Of a stretch of 64,000 bases of DNA, positions 54,093 through 64,000 are shown piece after piece. The translations under genes and the position numbers were made by a program. Numbering within the stretch: the stretch's first letter is position 1; each line of letters starts with the position of its first letter. The notes beneath the pieces were generated by a model, which did not search any database, was not told the origin of the DNA, and saw nothing but the letters and a program-made list of their open reading frames with translations. The DNA comes from Podarcis cretensis (taxonomy: Eukaryota), in contig OX638152.1 of assembly GCA_951804945.1 (NCBI GenBank), positions 55,366,001 through 55,430,000 on the forward strand. Direction: 5' to 3'.

Positions 54093-54352
54093 CAGTGGTA
54101 CCTCGTTTAGCATCTGCCTCGTCGAACGCCCATTCCGTCGAATGTCTGTGACAAACCTGGAAGTACCGGAAGGGGTTACTTCTGGGTTCGCCACTTGTGC
54201 ATGCGCAGAAGTACTAAAGTGTGCAGAAGCGCATGTGCATAAGCACAAAATGCTCCTTGTGCATGCGCAGATGTGGCGCTTTGTCCAGCATCCTTTTCAG
54301 CCAGTGACCGGGGCTCCGGAACAGATCCCGGTCACAAAACAAGGTACCACTG
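54093..54352. mobile_element. Tc1/mariner-type MITE
   Basis: TA|CAGTGGTACCTCGTTT...AAACAAGGTACCACTG|TA; interior has repeated TGCGCATGCGCA-like units. Confidence 0.88.
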
Positions 54353-54651
54353 TAAAAATAACAACATAGATGAGAGGCAAAGCTAGAATGAATAGTTATA
54401 CAGAGTCAGGACAAGGTTCACTGTGTTAGTATTTGCTTATTTATCTAGAATATTTTTTATGATACCTTTTGTTTGAATAACACCAGAGTATTTCACACTG
54501 TATAAATATACTAGAGAAGAATCCACGTATTAAAGATTTCAAACACAACAATTGTGCAGCTAATAAAACATTATAACAAAGCTATGCTTTAGCAGCCAGC
54601 AAATTACTGGGTGAACGGGCAAGTTTTCAGTGGGGATAGGGGAGAAATTTA

Positions 54652-54741
54652 CATAGCTGTCAACTTTTCCCCCTTTTAAAGGGAAATTCCCTTATTCCGA
54701 ATAGGATTCCTCGCACGAAAAGGGAAAAGTTGACAGCTATG
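54652..54741. mobile_element. 90-bp hAT-type MITE nested in an older repeat (about 54630-55110)
   Basis: Perfect 20-bp TIR CATAGCTGTCAACTTTTCCC; TSD GAAATTTA / GAAATTTG. Confidence 0.88.
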
Positions 54742-56774
54742 GAAATTTGATACAGATCACATTTAAAGGTGAACCTTCCTGGTTTGCACTATCCAAAGCA
54801 ATACTCGAACTGAAATACAGACAGCCTTCAAAATTCACACTTCTCTGAATTTTGCAATGCAGTTCTCCAGCCATGTAATGTGTAGAAAATTGCATGTACT
54901 GGGGTGAAGTGTGCATTAAAATGCATATAGTGAAAATAACATACACTAATGTGTTACATTAGGGAAATTGTCTTTCAAAAATTAGTATATCAGAAAAAGA
55001 ATGCTATACAAAAATGTTTACTGCAGGAGAAATTTGCACTAAAATGCTGATGAATGTTCATGTGGAAATGTGGAGAGCTGAACTTAAGATTGGGAAAACT
55101 CATTCCTAGTTTTAAGACAGGATCAGTAACACAATTTCTGAATTCTGAGTGACCTGCAGTTTGTCCTAATGAAAACATTCCAGTACAAATCAATAAATCA
55201 TAAGAGTGTAATCAATACCCATCTAAAGGAGGATGGAGTAGGAAAGTGGCCAGAATTTCTGTGTTCCTTAAGTCCTCATCAGTTTCAAGCCTATGTCTGA
55301 CTTTTTTTAAGAAAAGCATTTCCCATTTGGAGACTGGGGATTTTTAATAGAAAAAGATAAATGCCTGAAATTTGTTTTATATGTTGTGAGAGTCTGACTC
55401 TGTTCCTTTTTAAGGCTTGTGTAATAAAGATTTATAGATACAGGTAAGACATCATGTTGATCAGACAGATATTAAAAAGCCACCAGCTTGTGAATAGCTC
55501 TGTAGGAATCATTTAAAGTATCTGCGACCTGTTTTGGTTCAAGGCATAAGTCTGTATGGGCTAACCTGTGTCCCTGTAGATGTTGCTGAATCACAACTCC
55601 CATCAGCCCCAGCAAGCATAGCCAGTGGCCTAGAAGGATGGGAGTTGTGGTCCAGAAACATCTGCAGGGCACAAGGTAGGCACACCTGACAAAATGGACA
55701 CTTGCTGATTTTGTTCATTCCTAATTTTAGATCAGATGTATCTGATCCATACTTTCTGGAGCAGTGCACAGACTATAGCTATGTGAATTAGCCCACAGTT
55801 TATGGATTTTGTTTTGCCACAAATTTCAATTCTTATACCTTATGAGGTGGTCCAAGTACTGCCTTTAATTCCCTCTGCCCTTCTTTTCCTTTTAGCCACT
55901 TGGAGAAGTTATAAAGTATTGCATCCACCTCCCACTTTGAAAAATGCATCTGAAAATGTCCCTGGAAGCAGAGATATGTCATGACATTCAGTCCCTCTCT
56001 GGGTAGTTCTGCAGAAAAAAGATGGCTGCCCCCATGTGTTGATGAAGGGAGTCATCTCTCTGCCCCACTCCCATACCCCTGGTAGGCTGTCCTTGAAGAC
56101 AGCTCAGAGGACTGCAGCTGGGGCAGAATCATGTGCCCCCTAAACTAAAGGCACTTCGAGGCAGAACAATTAATTCAATATTCCCTTAAGGAGTGACCTG
56201 CCCAGTATAGATTGCCATGTGCCACATTGAGAGAGCACATGAATCTTGGATATGTGCCTCTGGAGCAAACAATTCCAAATGACACAAAGAAATGAGCTAC
56301 ATTTAGTTGACATACTTGGCTGTTAAAGTGAATATGAGCTTTGCAGCATTCCCTTTCAAAGTAACCTCTATCTCAGTGATATAATAATGAAGCCCTGTGT
56401 CACTGGATGCAAAATGTTGTTTTGTGTGGCATTTAATGTGCCAAATGCTATATAGCATATGTTCTCAGACAAGCACCGTAGTGTTCTTTAATTTTTATTT
56501 TACTAGGAGATTTTGTGTCAGAGTAACACTGGGATCCAGGTCTCACCAGAACTCTTTGTGCTCTTTGTGCACTGACTGCTGGACTAAGTGCAAAGATCAA
56601 ATTAAGGATCAAATTAAAATGTAACATAAAAATCTTAACAAATATTTAATTCATATACCTAATTACATTGTAGCTGGGATAAGAGGTCTCCATAAATCTT
56701 GGGCCATCCTATTGAGGATGATTCTATAAAGACACTTTCTGTAGGCTAGGGATGAGGAACCTGTGAGCTTCCTG

Positions 56775-57221
56775 CAGCTAGCCGCTCGGGTGCCAGGTGC
56801 GGTGTGTGCGTCCTGCAGCCAGGGGCAGGGTGAGCTGCCCATGGGGGCGGGGTGCACTGCGTAGAGCCTCTCCGCCGCCTCCCCCTCAGCTGTAGGGTGG
56901 CTGAGGGAGAGGCGGCAGGCAGACACAAGTCCCACACTGCTGTTTCAGGCAGCGCCGAGCCTGCAGGCACCCAAGCCACCACATCACTCCCAGGAGAGAT
57001 GTGTGGCTCAGGCATGCTGCAGGCCCTGTGGTAAGTGCCAGCCCCTGTGGTGTGGTGCCCAATACCAGCCGCCTTTCGTTATGTTTGTTGACTGAACTAA
57101 AACATTTCGTGAGCCCATTTTTAAATATTTTTTAAAACTCTTATTTTTGTCATTTTGTCACCCCCCTCAGTGGTGGCACCTGGGTCGGACTGCATCCTTG
57201 CACCCCCTTCCTCCGCCACTG
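56775..57221. mobile_element. hAT-type element of the 4114-4443 family nested in a small hairpin MITE
   Basis: Right end CATTTTGTCACCCCCCTCAGTGGTG...CTTCCTCCGCCACTG is shared with 4114-4443; TSD GCTTCCTG / CCTTCCTG; host MITE halves at 56747-56774 and 57222-57340. Confidence 0.75.
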
Positions 57222-58064
57222 CCTTCCTGATGTTTTTTGGACTACAACTCCTATCATTCCTGACCACTGGCCATCCTGGGCAGTGCTGATGGGCATCAGA
57301 GTCCAAGAACATCTTGAGGGCCACAGGTTTCTCACCACAGCTGTAGACCCTTCTTCATAATAAGTTAATGCCATTTATCAAATCACTAAACACCAGCCCA
57401 CAATCAAGAATCCATTCTCTGAAACATGTAGTCACTAATAAAAAGTCAGTGCAATAAGGGAACTGCAAGAAAGGGGGCAATTTTGCTTGGTAGGTAGCAA
57501 GAGACCATGAAGATAAAATTTGTATCAGATTTTGTAGACTAGCTGGATGGTTGGCCAATTGAAAAGTTGTTCATCAAGAGATGAACAAGTGAGTTAAATA
57601 ATAAAATATGCATTGTATTTTATCCCTTTTGTGCTGACCTTTCTTGTCATTATTTTATATAACTGCTCAGTAGTGTGATAATCAAAATATAATTCAATTC
57701 ATTGTTTCCTCTGTGTTTGGCAGACCACATTATTTATGACTGTAATAACAGGCAAACGTATGAACTAATGATGCTGTCCTCTATAAAAAATGTCATGATA
57801 TTGTATGAGAGAGAGAATGTGTAGCTCTGGAGAATTTCTAATGTATTAATGAAAATAATAGCTGTCTAGATGTTTCATGTTCAGCAGGAATCGGCATCCT
57901 TGTGGCTAATTTCACCGCATGACTCCTGCCCATCACATAGTGATTTTCCCTGTCAGTGGCTACTATTAATACTGTCTGCAATGTGGAAACGTGGTATATG
58001 ATGGGCAGGATTTCCATGGTGACCTTTTGCAATAATGATGCAGCAGGGTGGCAGAGAACTTACT

Positions 58065-59588
58065 CTTCTTCTTTGGGGGCTAATCGTAGCTGATTAAGAT
58101 TGTCTTCCATGAACACGGTCTTAACGGTGTGTTGATAGGTGACTGTGGAGGCCAATTCTGGATCCACATGTTCTTCCACAGTGGGGACATAGATTTCTGG
58201 GTGGGAACTGATCACAGCATGTTTCTCCCATTCGTCCTGAGTTTGAGTGCTTTCAAAGTCCATGACACCAATTGGAGTGCTTGCAGGCCAGTGTTTCCCA
58301 ATTGTCGGCGTTTATACTACATTTTTAAACATTTGCCTTGAGAGAGTCTTTAAACCTCTTTTGTTGACCACCAGCATTACGTTTTCCATTTTTCAGTTCG
58401 GAATAGAGTAGCTGCTTTGGAAGATGATAATCAGGCATCCAAACAGCATGACCAATCCAACAAAGTTGATGTTGAAGAATCATTGCTTCAACACTGGTGA
58501 TTTTTGCTTCTTCCAGTACACTTGTATTACTTTGCCTCTCTTCCCAAGTGATATGTAAATTTTTTTGGAGACACTGTTGATGGAATCTTTCGAGCAGTTG
58601 GAGATGGCATTTATAAATGGTCCATGTTTCACAAGTAAGGTTGGTAGTACAATAGCTTTGTAAACAAGCATTTTGGTTTCCCTGCAAACGTCCCAGTTCT
58701 CAAATACTCTGCACTTCAATCGGGAGAAAGCTGCACTCGCAAATCTCAGGCGATGATGGATTTCAGCATCAATGTTGGCTCTTGTGGAAAGATAACTGCC
58801 TAGGTAGGAGAAATTATTGACACTTTCTAACATTACACCACTGTGTTGAATTGTGGCGCTGTAGAGGGGTTATTTTGTACTTGTTGATGCAGCACTTTGT
58901 TGTTGTTTTTGATGTTGAGCGATAGGCCAAGCTTTTCATAAGCTTCTGAGAAGATATTTAGGATGGTTTGGAGGACATCCTCTGAGCGTGCACACATTAC
59001 ATTGTCATCAGCATACTGAAGCTCTATGGTGGAATTTGTGGTAACCCTTATCATTGCTTTCAGCCTACTCAGATTAAAGAGCTTTCCATCTGTTCAATAT
59101 GTGATTGCTACTCCAGTGGGGAGTTTCCCTTTGACAATGTGTAGGATCATGGCAATGAAGATAATAAAAAGAGTTGGGGAGATAACACAACCTTGTTTAA
59201 CACCTGATCCCACTGTGAATGGTTCACTTTGAGAGCCATTGTTATCTGCAATTGTTGTTGACATAATATCATGGAGGAGCTGAAAGATGTTGACAACTTT
59301 ATCTGGGCAGTCAATTTTCAGAAGGACAGTCCACAGGGCATTACAATTTACAGTGTCAAAGGCCTTAGGCAGGTCAATAAACGCCATTTACAGGGATTGG
59401 TTTTGCTCTTTGCATTTTTCTTGAAGCTGTCAAGCAGTGAAAATCATGTCCACTGTCCCCCTAGAAGGTCGAAAACCATTTTGAGATTCAAGAAGGGTAG
59501 CCTCGGATATAGTTAGGAGACTGTTTGCTAAGATCCTTGCAAAATTTTTGCTGGCTGCAGCCAGTAAAGAGATGCTTCGATAGTTTCT
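58065..59588 (-). mobile_element. 5'-truncated RTE-clade LINE (not Bov-B) with disrupted reverse transcriptase
   Basis: Fragments NYRSISLL, AFIDLPKAFDTV, GVKQGCVISPTLF, LQYADD, FSYLGS, PKQLLYSEL...GGQQKRFKDSLK across frameshifts; GAA tail; near-perfect 11-bp TSD GAGAACTTACT (58054-58064) / GAGAATTTACT (59589-59599). Confidence 0.92.
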
Positions 59589-61111
59589 GAGAATTTACTG
59601 CAAAGATGCCAGTTCTCAGAATGAGTGCAATGTGTAGTCAAGTTCTGATTCATTTGCTCTTTGTTTCTATTAAAGCATCTAGAACTTTACATATTCTTGA
59701 CATGAGAAGAAGGATAAAAAATAGTCGCCTTTTTACATGTTTAAAAACGCTGTTGTATTGGACCCTTAATTTTATACCAAATCAGACTTTTTTCTTTTTA
59801 CACTCATAGTACAGCAGCCATAAAAGTATGTGAGAAATGAGATTTTAACGAAACACTCCATCTAAAAACTGAAAACACCAGAAGGCATCTGAGATGTGAG
59901 AGCACATTCCAAACCCTTTTTTTATAAGATGTTTTGTGGTAGCAAAATAAATACATAGTGTAATATCCGGAGGCTACGTCTGTTGCTCTGTAAAATAATA
60001 GGCTATATAATGGTTTTCAAAGTAGATGCATTTAACATAATAAACTGAACTACAATTTCATGATTAGTTTCAGCCATAGAATTCAGAATAGTAATTTGTG
60101 TATATGTATGGTGTATAAACGAACAGAGTAATTTTGAATTGTATGAACAGAATACAAGACTCATTTTCCATAGCCTCTCAAACTATGGAAATTAAATAAG
60201 TGTTCCATCCCATAGCCTCTTGATTTCTCTACATGTGTCTGTGTAAATATTAATTGCAAGGTGGGAAGGTATCAGCCTGGAGCGAGAGGGTCTCCTGTGG
60301 TGGCCAGTCATGTGGATTACTGAGCCTCCAATTAGAAAGCAAACCTTGAACATCCTGCGAGTCTATTTTCATGGGTACTTTTGCAAAGCATATTTGGCCT
60401 AATTTAACACTATGGCAAATAAGCTAAAGCCAATTTATTTATCAATCCATTATGTGTCTGGAACTGCACAGAAGCAGCCACATAGCGAAGTTCTGAAACT
60501 TAAAAGGAATGCAAGTAGTATTCTTACACTTGGAAAATTAGCAGAACGGTTGCCCTACTTCATCATCCATGACCAATGAAATTAGAGAGTCATTGGTCTC
60601 AGGGAAGAGCATAATGAGGGGAGTGAGGAAGGAAGGCAAGGTAGCAATTTATTCAAATAAAGCCGTTCTACTAATGCCTTGTGTTTCAGAACCACTAACA
60701 CAACATGATGTATATGTTTAATTTCAAAGGCTACGCAGAAAGAAGACTCCACCAGAGGGAGGGTGATTCGTTTTCTTTCCAGATGCATCTTTCCAGGGTT
60801 AAGCCTGTGCTGCAATATGTGCTTGTTGAAGGGCGAGTCTGAACTACATGTTATATAGACTACAGCAGTGGGAGGGGGCAGTGGAAAGCAGAGAGATGCT
60901 TGACCCTTTCCCAACCCTCCACTCTGTGCTGCATGTTTCAAGCTGGTCCCCTCACTGCTGGGTTCCACAAGGGAAGGGAACTGCAGCAGGAAATTGGTAG
61001 ACAGGGATAGGATGAAAGGACCTGTTTTCTCCCACCATTTCTCTGTTCCAATTCTCCCACTCTGAAGCTGCCTTTTCTTATAAGGAGGGACAATTGTGTT
61101 TGATTACAATT

Positions 61112-61298
61112 CAGCAGTTCCCAACTGGTGGACAGTGGACCCCAGGTGGTCCACATAACCCACCCAGGGGGTCTGCAACACCATTCGCATAACCAAAAAC
61201 AACCATAGAAACTATTAGAATTTCTGAAGTAGGGGGTCTGTGGGTTGGCTTTTGAAAAACAAAGGGGTCCACAGTACTTAGCTAATTGGGAACCACTG
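61112..61298. mobile_element. hAT-like MITE
   Basis: TIRs CAGCAGTTCCCAA / TTGGGAACCACTG with subterminal GTGGACCCC / GGGGTCCAC; TSD not evident. Confidence 0.65.
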
Positions 61299-61692
61299 GC
61301 TTATATGCATTGTTGAACCTTAGAACAACATTCCCTATAGTAATTTTCACCCCAGCAAAGGGGAATAAGGGTGTGAGTATATTTAGAAAAACGTTTTGGC
61401 ATGAACTGATCTCAGCACAGTCAAATACATCAGTTGCTTTTCCTGTAGTTGAAATGGAATTTGGCAGGTGTGTATGACTGCCTATCTCTCCATAGGTTCC
61501 CTGTGTCCTCTCCACAGAAGATAATTTGGACAATCAATTAATAAGTCTTATTAGACTATAAAACACCTGGATATAAAAAACACAGAAGCAATGCTACATT
61601 GTATGCAGAACCACGTTCTTCACCTCTGGAATTTGTACATTCCTTGGTCTGCACCCAACCCTACAGAGGCAGTCGCAGAGGGACTTTTCTCT

Positions 61693-63874
61693 CTCTCTTT
61701 TTTTAAAAAAAATAATATTTATTACTTTTAAAACTTACAAAAAAGAAAAAGAAGAAAAAAGACAAAAAGAAAAAAAGAAAAAAAAACAAGAAAGGGAAAA
61801 AACAATACAATACAATATATAAACAATACAAAACACAACATTGACACATTGACCTAAACAAAACAAAACAAAAACAATTTAAAAACATACATCATACCAT
61901 TTCAGTACTCTATCTTTCATAGCCTTGTTTCATCGACCTCCTCTCACCTCCCTATTAATTGTTTCAGCAATTCCTTTCCATCTTTCTCTATTTTCTGTCA
62001 TATAAATATCTTAACTTATTTTTACCCTTATTTTCCATTAATACTATAATGCTTATTTATGCTTAACTCCTTATAACATTTCTACTAAAGCCATAAGATT
62101 TCATTCCAACATTTTTCTAACACTCAATAATTTTACAATATTTCTATTTCTAAAAATAAACTTTAAACTTTTTCTAATCTTCTTCCAACATCTCTTCTCC
62201 CTGGTCTCGGATACTGCCAGTCATTCATCAATTCCAAATAGTCCATCAACCTGGTGATCTTCTGTCCGAGGCTCTTAACTCTTTTCCAAGTCCCTTCTGC
62301 AGGTCTTCTTCATATTTATACATGCACTTTACTTTGTCTTCTACTGATCTTGTTCCTATTTTCCTTCCTTTGATACTGAAGAGCAGATCTCAGGGAAGCT
62401 CCAACCTAGCAATGCTTTTATTCCTTCTCAACAGGTCAACCAAATCTCCATGGTTAAATCTAAAATCCATAAGGTATTTCAGGACATGTTTCAAAATTCC
62501 TCCAAATCTAAAGGCCCCCACAGCTCCAATCTCCTCACGACCCAAGTCCAAATCCCAAAAGTCAGTAAATCCTTGCATGAAGGGATCTATCCAACTTTCC
62601 TTCTCCAGTTCAGGCAGGGCTCCGATCCTCAAAATCTGACTTTTTCTAAATTCAATCATAAAAGGCCTCAACTTATAGTCCTCAATTTGCCTCTGTAAGG
62701 CTGGGGCTCCCACTTGTATTACTTGTATTACTCAACAACAGCAACTTTCTCCTTCGCCTTCTTGACAATTTGCCCTGTCAAAGTAGATTCCTGTATCAGA
62801 TCCTGAATAATTTCTGTATTGATGTTCACTTTTTGTCCCAAGTTAGTCACTTTTTGTCCCAAGTTATCAATTTTAGTAGTCGTAACATCTGTCTTCTTGT
62901 GGAGTTGTTCCAACGAGTGACTTATCTTGCATAATGCAATCACTAAAGCTTCTTCTGTCGACATTCTCAAATAGTCCAAGGTCAATCCCTGATTCTCACA
63001 GTCTCTTATCTTGCAGCTGGTTCCCCCAGCTCAGCTCTTATAACAGTTTCAAAGGCTCCCTCTAGAGGGAAACAGTTTCTATTTGTGTCAATCCTTTTAA
63101 GCACAGTTCAGACAGTAAATATAGTTTCAATTTTCAGTTACTTTTCCTCCTTTGTAAACGCAGAAGAGGACAATGGAAACAATATATTTCTCTTATTTAG
63201 CTAACTGTCAAGATACGTTCTATTCACAGCCAATGAACTTCAAAACGTCAATCTTACTGGCAGTCCCTTTCCAGGTTCAGAGCGGTGGTGATTTAATTTG
63301 CATCACTCTCTCTTGCAGGCTTGCACGATCCAAAATTTTCCCCCTCTTCTCCTGCTTCCAAGGGGGGTTTAATAGTTTTAATCGATGGAAGTTTAATGCT
63401 TTGCGGAAGACTTTCCAAGACCTTAGCTTGCAGCGTCTTTGCTTCAATCTATTTACAAAAGGGGAAGGCGGACTTCCTGTTTGAAACCTTCCCGTTTTGG
63501 TGCCAAATTAAGACATTTATAGATCCAATTTTCCGTTCAACTCACGGGTAGTTGTTTAAAATCGAATTGTCCACAGGAAAAAGTCAGCGCTCTCCGGCAA
63601 CAGCAATGCGGCTTCACTCCGTGAAAGAAGCAATCAATTCGAAGCATCGCGCCGCTCACCCCACGTCGCTCCGGATCCCCGAAACTGGGTCTCCCCACGA
63701 GTAGGGGAGGCACAAAAGGTGCCAGCCGAATCCCAGGTTCACAGGCTTCTCCCACCTGTGATTTTTAGTGGGTCTCCGCCTTCACCGTGGCGGCCAGACC
63801 CTGTTTCCACAGAGTAAATTCCTCCCGATCAGAGGAATTCCACCATTGCCAGAGGCGCTAACCCGGAAGTCTCC
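61693..63874 (-). mobile_element. Complete short (2.18 kb) non-autonomous L1-like retroelement
   Basis: 19-bp TSD CGCAGAGGGACTTTTCTCT at 61674-61692 and 63875-63893; CpG-rich 5' end starting GGAGACTTCCGG; broken coiled-coil ORF1-like frames (62985-62390); ORF2 C-terminal-like remnant LMDYLEL..TGSIRDQGEE..EED*KKFK (~62250-62150); AATAAA at 61718-61723 and A-rich tail. Confidence 0.85.
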
Positions 63875-64000
63875 CGCAGAGGGACTTTTCTCTAGGTAGA
63901 TATGATCTTGAATAACTCTGCTTAACCAGCTACCACATGTTATGTAGAATATTCAGCACCACAATGGACCTAGTTCCGCTATTAAGTTTTGTAAGGCACA

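Noticed and set aside
63952-63975. Possible REST/RE1 site TTCAGCACC-ACAAT-GGACC
   Set aside because: Only the left half-site matches; spacing and right half (GGACAG) do not. The candidate near 19965 is weaker still.

Overview
Eukaryotic (vertebrate) genomic DNA, most likely from a squamate reptile and probably a lacertid lizard. This is inferred from Sauria-type SINEs with (ACCTTT)n tails, Bov-B fragments and Squam3-like SINEs. The only host gene I can support is KCNJ6 (GIRK2/Kir3.2) on the minus strand. It has a 918-bp main coding exon (34094-33177) spliced across an 18.75-kb intron to the terminal coding exon (14421-14096), which ends in the PDZ motif ESKV. The short N-terminal coding exon was not found, so 34095-64000 is probably intron, and sequence below 14096 is 3' UTR and downstream DNA. 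The rest is dense in transposons: hAT-type MITEs with 8-bp TSDs, Tc1/mariner-type MITEs with TA TSDs, SINEs, Bov-B/RTE/CR1/L2 fragments, solo LTRs (one nested) and microsatellites. Nearly all other ORF-track entries are artefacts. I did not find a clearly new biological system. The best leads are (1) a complete 2.18-kb TSD-flanked non-autonomous L1-like element in sense orientation to KCNJ6, (2) several Kir3.4-like residues including GYGF in this Kir3.2, (3) small MITEs carrying TTAGGG repeats or a perfect NF-kB site, and a MITE with two right ends, and (4) a Pumilio/miRNA/poly(A) cluster in the proximal 3' UTR. Comparisons with human proteins and repeat consensus sequences are from memory and need database confirmation.
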